Shown: piece by piece, positions 12,986-23,364 of the stretch
Layout: every line of letters begins with the position of its first letter
Position numbering within the stretch: the stretch's first letter is position 1
NCBI RefSeq assembly: GCF_001949145.1
Contig: NW_019091480.1
Coordinates: forward strand, 1,151,235-1,205,260
DNA: 54,026 nucleotides
DNA from: Acanthaster planci
Taxonomy: Eukaryota
Direction of reading: 5' to 3'
The notes under the pieces: model-generated
Told to the model about the DNA's origin: nothing
Databases searched by the model: none
Seen by the model: the letters and a program-made list of their open reading frames with translations, nothing else
Position numbers and translations under genes: made by a program

Positions 12986-13117
12986 ATGGGCATTTTTAGC
13001 GACTGTCAGATAGCCTTGGACCTTGATGCAACCCAAGTCCCCTTCAAAAAGAAACAACTGCTCAGGCAACAGGTGACCAGCAATGGAGGAGTCATCTCCT
13101 ATATACTCACCAAGAAG
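12986..13117 (+). CDS. PARP4: PARP4/vPARP exon 1 (first coding exon, BRCT N-terminal half). Translation: MGIFSDCQIALDLDATQVPFKKKQLLRQQVTSNGGVISYILTKK.
   Basis: The ATG sits in a good Kozak context (caggggATGg). The peptide aligns to the human PARP4 N-terminus MVMGIFANC...QQQKKKLQTDIKENGGKFSF. The donor is aag|gtaagt, phase 0. The ORF-track ORF 12977.. begins at an upstream in-frame TTG. Confidence 0.85.
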
Positions 13118-13978
13118 GTAAGTCAGGATGCCAGGATGCTGAATGCACAAATTTTCTTCCCCCAAAACTACAAGTGCATCTACATTGTATTATTGAAGCC
13201 TTGTTCGGTAGTTCTGGTTGCAACTTGAAAAAAAATGGTAACCACTTCCAAGCTGCAGGTTGTAACTGCAACCACTGTAGGACAATAGATGTGCATGCTA
13301 TTGAATGCTGAAGTCATTTATCTCAAAGTACACAATTGTTTGCAAAAGGCATTAGTGTGAGAACCAGTGCTGGACCAACACATCATGTACTCAATTTGTT
13401 TGCTCTTCATGTCCTAGTTCAAATGGGGTCATCACATTTCAGTTCTGTATACTACCAGCAACAGCAAACGGATTTCAACTTCTGTTTACAACGCGGCAGG
13501 GGCATGTTTTCATGATTAGTAACCAGAAAGTCATTTTTGACTACCAAAAATAACCTAGAACAGGTTGAAAGAGGTCCACAAGAAAGGCAGTACTTGCCAG
13601 ACGCAGTCATGTCATCCTAGAGATACAATGTACATATACTGGGAGGAAAACCCCAGAGGAATATTCTGGGTAAAACCAACGGAATCAGGTAGGGACTGAG
13701 AACCCCAATTCACATGTGGACCAGGCCAAGATTCAAACCCGGACCACAGAGGCGGAAGGCGAGGAAAGAACCACTTCACTAACCTGACTCCCCGCCCACC
13801 TGAGTTCCCATTTGGGTTGAACAATGACGTCAGACAGGCATAACCAAATTTGCAAAAACACCCAACAAATTAAATGACCAAAGCGAAAACACATTTCTGG
13901 CTGCTGTCACAACTTTTGTGAATGTTTAAATCAAGCTCATTTTTGGAAAAAAATAATTTGCTGGTGATTTCTTCTCAG

Positions 13979-14177
13979 ACCTCCTACCTTGTCGCCAGCA
14001 ATGGGCCAAAGACGGCTGACTCCTACAAGGGACGCACGGCCAAGAAGCAAGGGGTGCCAATCATCAGCATGGGCTTCATTGAAAGGTGCCTAGAGGAAGG
14101 AAGGCTGGTAGACCACGAGGACTTCTTGCTGGTGGGCAAGACCAGCAGCATGCAGTTCAGCTCCGGCAAAATCATAG
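13979..14177 (+). CDS. PARP4: PARP4 exon 2 (BRCT C-terminal half). Translation: TSYLVASNGPKTADSYKGRTAKKQGVPIISMGFIERCLEEGRLVDHEDFLLVGKTSSMQFSSGKII(G).
   Basis: The acceptor is cttctcag at 13971-13978. The peptide is in frame with ORF 13922..14185 and carries a BRCT-like GxxxISxxFIxxC motif. The donor is atag|gtacat, ending in phase 1. Confidence 0.8.
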
Positions 14178-14654
14178 GTACATGAAAGTTGTGTTTGAAG
14201 GCTGCGGGCGCAGGATTTTTCAACATGTCATCACTGATATTACAAATGACCGTACCTCAGACTTATTCAGAATGGAGAGCTGAACTTTAATCATCACATA
14301 CCAGTTTCTCGTTTTGCCCTTAACGAGTATGCATGTGAGGATCCATGCGCAAGTCCATACATGCGGTAGTTCTGAGATAAAACTGTTGCATAGTTTGCAT
14401 AGTTGACATGGTTGACATAAGGCATGCGTGAGCATCCATCCTACTTGTTGTTACGCACACTACATGCAAACTACACATGATCAAACAGCAGTACGCAAAC
14501 CTTTTCCTTGGTCCTCAAATCTGAATGGCAATTGAACATTTCTGACTCTGAGGTATGGTATAACGAATTTGACTTTTATCTTGAAGGGGGGTGGTCAATT
14601 TTAGCTCCCCTTGGTATCTGTGAGAGTCAGGTTTGTTTTCTTGATTGTCAACAG

Positions 14655-14721
14655 CTGCAAAAACCCAACAGGAGCCCAAGAAGAAGGCCAAGGTGTTGTC
14701 TTTCAACATTAATAAAATCAA
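14655..14721 (+). CDS. PARP4: PARP4 exon 3 (small Lys-rich linker). Translation: (A)AKTQQEPKKKAKVLSFNINKI.
   Basis: The acceptor is tgtcaacag and the donor is caa|gtgagt. Its length of 67 nt (1 mod 3) is needed to join exon 2 (phase 1 out) to exon 4 (phase 2 in). Homology is weak, so the call rests mainly on phase consistency. Confidence 0.45.
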
Positions 14722-15135
14722 GTGAGTGTATTTTCTTCTTTCATCTTTTCTTCGTTTCTGCTACTGGTGCTTTTTCCCCGTCCTTCCAATCAAATGTCAA
14801 GTCAATCAGCAAGATTAAAGTCTGATTTCAAATCTTTAGTTTCTGCAGAAATGTTCAACTTGCGGTTGAGCCAAAGGCGGCTGATTTAGAAACCACTGGC
14901 TTATTGTTTGATTTCATTTCATGGTGTTCCCTTTTTTTCTCTTTTTTTTTATGAATTGCAATCATAGGGTAAATGCTTCAAGAGAGTTATTGAACTATGC
15001 CTCTTTATTTTGTGGAGGAAAAGATAAAAAATTACAGTTTGCTCAAGTATAATTTTGCATTCCTGAAAAGTCCGAATAATATTTCACAATTGTTTTTTTG
15101 TGGTCAGCATAAATTTCTTTTCTACATGTACTCAG

Positions 15136-15214
15136 GGTCTGGCCGTGGGGAAGTGTTGACACACCTGCTTATCCTGAGGACAAGTATGAGATTGCGAAGA
15201 GTGTTCTTCTGCAG
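15136..15214 (+). CDS. PARP4: PARP4 exon 4. Translation: (K)VWPWGSVDTPAYPEDKYEIAKSVLLQ.
   Basis: The acceptor is tgtactcag and the donor is cag|gtacct. PEDKYEIAKSVL matches human PQDFEVAKYNTL. Confidence 0.7.
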
Positions 15215-15864
15215 GTACCTGTACTCTTATGAAGCGCTTGATTATGCTATTTTTTGCTGCTAGTCTATGGGTTCTGTCTGAAAAGAGATCTATGGAACTT
15301 CTTTTGATGATTATAATTGTATTGCTCATACTTTACAGTGCTTTCCATCTACATGTCCGTGTACAATCTCAAAGTGCTTTCCAATAATCATCCTGTTCAT
15401 TAACACACCAGTCAGTGGCTGGTGTAAGGCACCTTTCCATATGTGCGTCAAATTGCTCCCAGGACGATTTCGATGGCACCAAACCCAACGCACACATGTG
15501 TTATGGTAATGGAGCTGATTTTGTGTCCGTGAAAGTGAAACGCATGAAGGTATCGTAACGCAATGCACCCAAAAAGTGTACATATGGAAAGGTGCCTATA
15601 GCCTACTCTGGTGACCGGAATTAGAAACCTTGACTGCAGGCCCATTCTGTTCACACCTGGGTGGTAGGCACATGTTGTGACTTTGCTGGTTGTGCATGCT
15701 GTCTCTATATACAGATAATTTTGTATCTTTTCATGTGCTTTAATTTACCAGTTATGCCAGTCAGCAGGGAATAGATCTTGTTGATTTTGTTTAGACAGTA
15801 GGCTAGAGCAGCATCAGTCTTTAGAGGAACTTCCATCTCAGACACTCAGATCCTGACACCAGGA

Positions 15865-16098
15865 GCCAATTTCATAGAGCTGCTAAAGCACAAAATTTGC
15901 TTAAGCGTGAAAAACCTTACTTGATAAATAAGGTTACCAGCTAAAACTCCATGTGATGTATAGTGTTTTGGCTTGGTATTCACCTGTCTTTTGGTTAGCA
16001 TGACAGTCACATAGATTTTGAGCTGATAACCTTTGTTTTTAAGCAAGGTTTTTTGTGCTTAAGCAAATTTTGTGCTTAAGCAGCTCTATGAAATTGGC
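15865..16098. mobile_element. MITE of about 234 bp with about 42-bp terminal inverted repeats and an extended internal palindrome, in the PARP4 intron between exons 4 and 5
   Basis: The left end gccaatttcatagagctgctaaagcacaaaatttgcttaagc and the right end gcttaagcaaattttgtgcttaagcagctctatgaaattggc are reverse complements. Internal segments (cttaagcgtgaaaaaccttacttgataaataaggttaccagct versus agctgataacctttgtttttaagcaagg...) also pair. Confidence 0.6.
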
Positions 16099-16192
16099 CC
16101 CAGATTGTAAGAGATGATTTGGGTGATGTCAGTAAGATTTGAACGTTTATCCCTTGTTCAGCACCAAACCAATTTTCTTTTTGGCTTTGCAG

Positions 16193-16354
16193 AAGAGAGA
16201 CACCAGGAGTAAAGATAGACTCTTCTATCACCTGGAGTTACACGTGGTTCCTGATGATGTCTTCAACTTGTCTAGGAACACCAAGGACAGTGGGCCAGCG
16301 TGTGATCACCCGTTCAGGGTTTTCACTCATCGCGGTGTACTCGATCACTTGATG
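16193..16354 (+). CDS. PARP4: PARP4 exon 5. Translation: KRDTRSKDRLFYHLELHVVPDDVFNLSRNTKDSGPACDHPFRVFTHRGVLDHLM.
   Basis: The acceptor is ctttgcag and the donor is atg|gtacga, phase 0 to phase 0. The peptide aligns to human VVVELQCSRDSRDCPFLISSHFLLDDGM. Confidence 0.75.
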
Positions 16355-17315
16355 GTACGAGGACTAGGAGTAAATGATAAGTTCTTAGCCCTTATAATGT
16401 CGTTCAAGCACTTTTGATACTAATCCGTAAGTGTGATTTCAAGGATGCTTACCCATTGCTAATTGGACTGATCCGGCAAGGAGATTTTTAATGACCCCTA
16501 ACTTTTCATCAGTGGCATGAGGATTAGGTTACAGGCACCTTTGCAGATTTTGCAACACCTACATATAACAGCATCGACACTGGTAACCATCGGCGAAATA
16601 ACTCCAGTTTCACAGAGGGCAAAACAAAAGACATTTCGTGCACAGCTGATCCTATTGAGTGTGTTTAAAGAGCCTGGAAAATATTGACTCGTGGTACATG
16701 TAAATCCATGGAAAAGTGGGTACATTATGGGTACATTATTTGCAGAGTACATGAAAAGAGCCCGTGGTCAGTCTCAAAAGAAAAGATTAGGAAAAGGGAT
16801 GCCTGTAATAACCCAAGCTAAAGTTGAGGGACCTTAGCCGCATCTATTCTTTTGAGCATAAATGAATGTTTAAGACTGGCCAGGCGTGCACGGTATTTAT
16901 TCACATTCATAAAACCTTTTGAGTCCGAAAGACAGAACAAGTTGAAAAATTATCAATTTATTTCCAACCGTTTTATTCAACACTTTTGCTTCATGTTTTC
17001 ATAAACGCCCTTCCAGCCATGTTATGGTAGGGGCCAAAGGTATTCACTACCCTTATATGGACATTGGTGCACACGTTGCATGTGCTACTTGGGTGCTGAA
17101 GAACATGAGAAGCAACGTAGGCCGTGTCCGAAACAGGTTTCCAGAGCTACGGCTAGGTCTATTGTCTACGCGTCTCCACGCATTTCCAATGGTGCGAAGA
17201 CCTAGACCTAGCTCTAGACAAGAGATTCGGATGCAGCCACTGTGTGAATTTCAGTCATTGTTTTCTCAAGCAGTTTTAAATGTTATAATGCTTTGGGTTA
17301 AAAGTGGATTGTTAA

Positions 17316-17366
17316 CCCTAACAGTCCTCAGTCCTCCAACAGGTGAAGGATTGAGGACTGTTAAGG
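17316..17366. mobile_element. Short TTAA-flanked hairpin element with CCCTAAC... termini, a piggyBac-like MITE remnant, in the intron between exons 5 and 6
   Basis: The sequence is TTAA|ccctaacagtcctcagtcc...ggattgaggactgttaagg|TTAA. The arms are reverse complements and TTAA is present on both flanks. Confidence 0.5.
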
Positions 17367-17522
17367 TTAATGTGTGAATAATTTGGTTACTAATGTAGCT
17401 CCCAAATGCTTTTGTTTTGAAAAAGTCTCTTCAGGGCATATGCATGTTACTGTGCTCAACAACAGCTTTGCCGATGTGTTAATATCTTTTGAGGAATGCA
17501 TAATTCCATTTTTATTCCACAG

Positions 17523-17678
17523 GACGAAGACTCTGGCGCCAGAGAGGTCCGCTACTGCAACTCCAGTGAGGAAGCTCTAGAGACGTACAGCTTCCTGTAT
17601 CACCAGCAACAGCAGCATGGCATGAGCAGAGGCAAGAAGGCAGCCTCGCGCTGGATCGGCTCCCCTAAATATAGACAG
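17523..17678 (+). CDS. PARP4: PARP4 exon 6. Translation: DEDSGAREVRYCNSSEEALETYSFLYHQQQQHGMSRGKKAASRWIGSPKYRQ.
   Basis: The acceptor is ttattccacag and the donor is cag|gtacaa. SEEALETYSFLYHQQQQHG matches human SEDASEYFENYIEELKKQG. Confidence 0.75.
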
Positions 17679-18883
17679 GTACAATGGAGCTGACGGCTCA
17701 GAGGGGGACGGAATTCTGGGTTATAGGAAGTGGGATCGTTGGTAAGAGGCTGCAAGACGATGTGCCTAGGAGTGAGGGGAACAGTTGCTTACCTAGTGTA
17801 GAGTCCAGGACTCAGACTCGGGTTTCTCTCGAGTTGCAATTTGGTGACAGACTTGCCTTGAGTCACGTCAGCAAAGGACATGGACTCCATGCACGTTTGT
17901 TTTCACTCCCTGTGCTTACGTGAAAACGAGATCGTACAACTTTGCAGATATTTACCTACCTGCACTTGATGGGTTCTAGATTAAGTTGAGTTGACTTGGT
18001 GCCGTTCTTGTCAGCAACGTTACAAGCAGCGTACGAGGCCACCCAGTTGCACTGGTCTTCATATATTTTAGATGTTTAGAAGCGAGAGGTCAAATTTTAG
18101 CAGGACATTTCTCTTGCAGGTCGGGTAATTTTTAAGTTTCTATAAATTAATATGCTAGCAAACATTATGCAAAGGTCTTTTTCCGAGAAGATTTTTTAAG
18201 AAGTAAACGAACAGAAATTATTACGTATTCTAAAATTGTTGCACATTATTTTTCCTATCCAAAGGTTCCAGAAGCATTAAAATGCTTCTAACCAGATGGC
18301 TTATTTTGACAAAAAATGCATTGAGTCTTTTCATATTGTGATAAAAATTTCTCCCTCTTTGAGCAATATCCCTGACATGATGGAGAGGCGATAGTTCAGA
18401 ACTCTTTCGCTATGCACGTACATGCACATGATCACAGACCAGTCTGCCTTCCCTCCATCCACTTTCAGTGTCTTAAAATGAAGGTTGCCAAAAAGCCTAA
18501 AGTTTTTGATTTTTGTTCCCGAATCATACCAATCCAACAAAATTCTGCATGCATATCTATGTGATTTACACTATTAACTGTAGGGTTAGGTCTAATAAAT
18601 TCCAGAGAGGACGTTAAGGGGAAAATCTGATGATGTTCCTGAGCAAGCCTGTTTATCGCAATGCTGTATGTATGTCCTCCCAGGATGTGAATTTTTAAAT
18701 ATCCTAGCCTTTGTTCTGTTCTCTGTTCTCTGCGGTTCCTGGTTCCCTTTTCACTCTGTTTTCTGTTCCGTTTTATTTCATTTTGATTTATTTCCCCAGT
18801 CACACTCGTATACCTCTGCCAATTTCATGGCTTGACGGTCAGGGATAGCATTAAACCACAATACTTGAATTGCTTTCTTCCAG

Positions 18884-19021
18884 ACTCAGCTGAGCATCGG
18901 GGAGGAAGAGGATGAGATGAGTCTAGAGGTGGCCTCCCTGGTGGCCAGTCTGTGGAAGGAGACGCTGGGAGAACTGGAAGACATCCTGGCTGTGGACATC
19001 AAGACCCTCACCTCCGAGAAG
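18884..19021 (+). CDS. PARP4: PARP4 exon 7. Translation: TQLSIGEEEDEMSLEVASLVASLWKETLGELEDILAVDIKTLTSEK.
   Basis: The acceptor is ctttcttccag and the donor is aag|gtacac. EVASLVASLWKETLGELEDIL matches human EVSDLVEMIWAEALGHLEHML. Confidence 0.8.
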
Positions 19022-19140
19022 GTACACGCTCTAGATGATTTCTTCTGGCTCTCTGCAGTTGACTTCGCAAGGCCAACTCGCATTCGGCAAATAAACCTTC
19101 TTGTCCATTTTGTTTTCATATTTTGACATCTCATCAACAG

Positions 19141-19332
19141 GTGTCCAAGGCAGAGAGCATCCTCCTCCAAATCAGGAAAGCTCTGGATGGGGGAGGTGAC
19201 GATACTGATAAGTTTGAGGCGAGCATTGAGACCCTGAGCCAGGAGTTCTACAGCCAAATACCCCACAAGAGCGAGCACAAGAAAGACATCAAGACAAAGA
19301 GTGTGATCGCCAAGAAGCAGGATTTGTGCCAG
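19141..19332 (+). CDS. PARP4: PARP4 exon 8. Translation: VSKAESILLQIRKALDGGGDDTDKFEASIETLSQEFYSQIPHKSEHKKDIKTKSVIAKKQDLCQ.
   Basis: The acceptor is catcaacag and the donor is cag|gtactg. There is strong similarity to human VSKAEGILLLVKAALKNGETAEQLQKMMTEFYRLIPHKG...LLAKKADLCQ. Confidence 0.88.
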
Positions 19333-19814
19333 GTACTGGTCTCTCGGTGTGTTAAATAAAACTTTTACTCATTCGAAGTGAGGTTATGGAATATTCAAAT
19401 GTAATCCAGTTTGGGAGATGGATTATCAAAAGTTTCCCAAGATATATGAAAACATTTTGAAAGACCCATTGTTTAACTTGTACTTGCTGGCAGAATCTAG
19501 TACTAAAATCTTATGATTTTGACTTTGTTCATATTCCATTATTGTCAACCTCATTCTCCTGTTTTGAATCTCTAGCAGTTGGCTTTAGCAAAGTAGAGGG
19601 AAATCATTTCTAGCTGCATATTTCCCTTTCAGAGTCTCTTGGTGATTTTGTGATTGCAATCACTCTTAATATCTGTCACATCTAGATGACTATTTGTCAT
19701 GACTATCCCAAATTTGCCTTGTTTTTCTGTCGCAACCCTTCGAACAGCTCAAAAAAAGGTATAAGGCAAGAAGTTTTGAAACTCACAACATATCTTCACC
19801 TGTTCATTGGTCAG

Positions 19815-19972
19815 CTTATCAAAGACGTAGTCAGCGTGAGCGAGACAACTAACTGGTCGCAGCGGAGCAGTGTAGAGTCCAAGTACAGAGCCCTACGCTG
19901 TCACATCAGCTGCTTACCCGACAACCATCCCCACTACTACGATGTCAAGAACTTCATTATCTCTACACAAGG
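19815..19972 (+). CDS. PARP4: PARP4 exon 9. Translation: LIKDVVSVSETTNWSQRSSVESKYRALRCHISCLPDNHPHYYDVKNFIISTQ(G).
   Basis: The acceptor is cattggtcag and the donor is gg|gtatga, ending in phase 2. KYRALRCHI matches human AKYRALRCKI. Confidence 0.85.
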
Positions 19973-20710
19973 GTATGAGCCCAAAGCCTTTCCGAAAATG
20001 CTCTAGTTAAAGTTCGTCAAAAAGCTGTTTTGAAAAAGGGGTCCCCAATTTTTTTCCCACTTTTACAATAAATTACAAGCCCTCGGCTTTTGGATCTCAG
20101 AAATGGATAAAAATCAGTTTACACTTGTTCTTGACAGTTCCGGCAGTGGCTTAAAAACTCAAGAGTTGAACTCATGAGGCACCACTGTGGGCATATCTCA
20201 GTCTCTTGATTATAGTAAAGAATAGCTTTGAGTAAAATGGCTTTTCAAGCTACATGTGCACTTATCTGACTTAGTGTTTTGAGAATGTGCTGTCTGTTCA
20301 CGTGCTGAGATGAACTCTGAAGCAAAACTGACACTGAATCTGAGACCGCATTGAGGTCTGAATAAGGGCTTGGATTTGAGGAGAGAGGATAAAACTGTCC
20401 CTGACAGTATTTGTGTTGTCGCACATCATTCGAGGTAGACCTAGGGATGTGATGGTGTATGGGTTACCATGAGCGGTGATGAATTCTTAACTTTTGCTTG
20501 CTAGCTGTTGTACAAATGTTTCCAATTCAACGTACATGTACCGTCAAATCTTGTCGTACCTTGTTTTGTTGCTGTCAAAAGTGTGCTTGCTTGGTTGTAC
20601 TGAAATAAGTGACCCCTAGTTTGCTTACTGGAACACTGGGGATAACGAGCACAAAGTACTTTGACATGCCCAAACCATTTTTAACCTGACGATTTTTATG
20701 TACTTTGAAG

Positions 20711-20848
20711 GAAGAAGCTAGCTGAAATCCTGCGCGTCTTTGCTGTGACGCGCCCTTTAGAGTTAACTAGCTTTGATGCCAAGCTGCACAACAGTCGTCT
20801 GCTGTTCCATGCATCCCGGCCAGCTAACTTTGTGGGCATCCTTTCAAG
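20711..20848 (+). CDS. PARP4: PARP4 exon 10 (start of the PARP catalytic domain). Translation: (G)KKLAEILRVFAVTRPLELTSFDAKLHNSRLLFHASRPANFVGILS(R).
   Basis: The acceptor is ctttgaag and the donor is caag|gtcggt, phase 2 in and phase 2 out. The NAD-fold His motif LLFHASRxxNxxGIL matches PARP LLHGSxxxNxxGIL. Confidence 0.85.
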
Positions 20849-21460
20849 GTCGGTACAAGTCCCAAAGCAACACTGTGCACCAGATTCAAGAGAGTGGAAT
20901 TCTATTCAAATCTTGGGAATGAGCTTGTCCAAATTTCAATGGAGGATAGAATATGCCACTTGTGTAAAACTTTGCTTGGTTATACGGATACACAGCACAC
21001 ACGTTCTTTGCAAGTTATTTTTTTAGCTGTTAACAGTTTCTGTACTGTTGTCGAGGGATTGTCAGTCTTGTGTCCTCATAGGCATGGTATAAATTTGTAA
21101 GTGAATTTCCGCCACTGATTTGCAAAATAGGAACCCTCAAAGAAAACTTGAGGAAACTCACCGATTGAACCAATAAAGCATTGCCCAGTTTGTCAGTGCC
21201 TTTTTGCTGGAGAGTCAGTACTTTCCGCACCTTGCTTATGGGCCAGATGTGCACTGAAAATGTGCATATGGAAAGGCCTCTTCAGTTTGCAAGCGTTACT
21301 ACCCCTGGTTTCTATGCAGTCAGGGACCACATCCAAGTTTGTGATGTGGTAGAGGGAGGGAATATGTATTGTGGAAATGAGTTGTAAATCAGTAACTATT
21401 TCAAGGAGCTCATTATGATGCGTTGTATAATGGTGCTGCTGGTTGTGTCAATGCCAACAG

Positions 21461-21559
21461 AGGCCTTATCCTGCCCAAGGTGGTGGTGGATGACTTTGGC
21501 GGGGAGAGGACGGATGCTGGCATGCTGGGCAGTGGAATCTACTTCGCTGACAACTTCAG
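21461..21559 (+). CDS. PARP4: PARP4 exon 11 (PARP catalytic domain). Translation: (R)GLILPKVVVDDFGGERTDAGMLGSGIYFADNF(S).
   Basis: The acceptor is gccaacag and the donor is cag|gtattt. The GSGIYFAD motif carries the catalytic Tyr. The peptide matches human GLLLPKVVEDRGVQRTDVGNLGSGIYFSD. Confidence 0.9.
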
Positions 21560-21815
21560 GTATTTCCTCCTGAAGCATGATTTTTTTTTTAATTTGATAC
21601 AAGTTTGAGCAAAGATATGGTAACCGTGGCAGCCTCTAAGAAGGCACTACAAAACCTGCTCTTTGAGCCCTGCATGAAGTTTAGGAAGTGAAGATTGAGC
21701 ACCGAGAGAACTAAATTTGAGATGGAAGAGACCGAGAGCAGTGTCATAATCGATTCTGTCAGAAGTCCTTACAAGTCCATCACAAGGCAATCAGTTGGTG
21801 GCAGATTCAAGTACT

Positions 21816-21948
21816 ATTCAAATGAACTATGACAAAAGCATTCCTGTGTTATTGTAGACCCTGTTACTTGAAGTCTTAAGTAACTTAGGACTTGAAGTAA
21901 CAGGGTGAACAATAACACAGGAATGCTTTTGTCATATTTCATTTGAAT
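21816..21948. mobile_element. Near-perfect palindrome of 133 bp (arms about 62 bp) in the intron between exons 11 and 12, a foldback/MITE-like element
   Basis: The left arm attcaaatgaactatgacaaaagcattcctgtgttattgtagaccctgttacttgaagtc is the reverse complement of the right arm gacttgaagtaacagggtgaacaataacacaggaatgcttttgtcatatttcatttgaat. The centre is ttaagtaacttag. Confidence 0.6.
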
Positions 21949-22289
21949 TTGATAATTTCTTGTGTCTCTGGAACTGTACTTGAAATTAGCTGCCAGTTTG
22001 ACTTCTCTGCTAGCCACAGAATAATATTGTGTTATGCACTCATGATCGCTTTTCGTGCTTTAATGCAGGACTTGCCAAGAAACTCTGTACACTCCCTGGA
22101 ATCCTTGCAAAAAATATGCATGCGCATAATCTGTGATTCCTTCTTCACCATAAAACAGGACTCGCGTCAGCAAAGAGCAACAACGTACCAAGCGTACATG
22201 TATTGTCTTTCAGTAGTGTGACAAAGCCACGTAATTGGGCCTTCGATATCCTTACATGAGATGATTTCCCTTTTTCTTTTCAACCACAG

Positions 22290-22473
22290 CACCAGCGCCA
22301 AGTACTCCCACATCAGCCACACTCGAGGCACCCGCCTGATGACAATCAACCAGGTGGCCCTCGGGATATGTTATGAGACAACCAGCTACCATAAGGACTT
22401 CACCGAACCCCCGGATGGCTTCCATAGCGTCCACGGGGTCAGGAATGATGGCTCCAATCGTTCCGATTTCAAG
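22290..22473 (+). CDS. PARP4: PARP4 exon 12 (PARP catalytic domain). Translation: (S)TSAKYSHISHTRGTRLMTINQVALGICYETTSYHKDFTEPPDGFHSVHGVRNDGSNRSDFK.
   Basis: The acceptor is caaccacag and the donor is aag|gtgact. The peptide matches human TSIKYSHPGETDGTRLLLICDVALGKCMDL...PPGYDSVHGVS...TDFE. Confidence 0.9.
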
Positions 22474-23177
22474 GTGACTGCGTATGCACACTGTTTTCTG
22501 TCAGTGAAGAACTTACATGTAACTGGCGATCTTTTCAGAGCTCATTTGTTTTCTTTAGTTTGAAATTTTGGGTGCTGTGCAGCCTAGTGGTTCAGGTTTG
22601 TGATAAGGATCATAGAGTCAGGGGTTCGAATCCAACAGCTGGTTACATTTTGTCCTCTCAGGTCTATGGTCCTTATTGAAAAATTGCAATAAAAGGTCAT
22701 TATTAAAAAAAAATAGATTTGGTTAAATTTGAAGTATATTGGCTCCAAGAACTAGTTGTACAAATACAACAGCCTCGGACATGTTTTGTTCCAGATAAAT
22801 ATTATTTTCCAGCTCAGAATCAGGGCCTTAGTGTGTTGCCCAAAATCATTTGACTGTCCTAAGGACCTTTTATTTACTGAACCAACGTCGTGACCTCGGG
22901 CAAGTGACTTTTGTGCTGTGTTTCTTGAAGCACTGAAATAGACCAAAATGGAGAACCGTGATTTGTCAGCTGCACCACAAAGTGACGGACCATCCATAGA
23001 CTTTATACACACGGTACGACAGGTTGTGGTGCTGGAACTATCCATAGTTCGTTAGTTCGTTATGCATCCGATGACTTCAAGCCGTTTGCTTTGTCCAGTC
23101 AGAGTGCAAACAAACCTTTACCAGTCAGATCTGTCCCGTTCCAAAATCTCATCGTTCAGAGGACTTTAATCCTGCAG

Positions 23178-23364
23178 GATGACGAATATGCAGTTTACAG
23201 CACTGAGCAGCAGCGTCTGCGCTATGTGGTTGAGTTTACTCTGCCCGGTGACAAACCCAAGCTGACCACTGGTCAAGCTCTCGCTGGCGAGGCTAATGTT
23301 TGCAGCGAAGAAGACAGCGATGGTCAAGCCAGCGATACGGAGGGGGACAAGTCGAGCGCCATCG
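23178..23364 (+). CDS. PARP4: PARP4 exon 13 (end of the catalytic domain, with the catalytic Glu in DDEY). Translation: DDEYAVYSTEQQRLRYVVEFTLPGDKPKLTTGQALAGEANVCSEEDSDGQASDTEGDKSSAI(G).
   Basis: The acceptor is atcctgcag, phase 0. DDEYAVYSTEQ matches human DDEFVVYKTNQ. The donor is atcg|gtaagc, ending in phase 1. A longer version starting near 23099 is out of phase with exon 12. Confidence 0.8.

Noticed and set aside
23099-23177. Longer version of exon 13 starting at acceptor gtccag at 23097/8, which is in the ORF 23091 frame
   Set aside because: It requires phase-2 entry, whereas exon 12 exits in phase 0. The acceptor at 23176/7 restores frame and matches the human junction (TDFE|DDEF).
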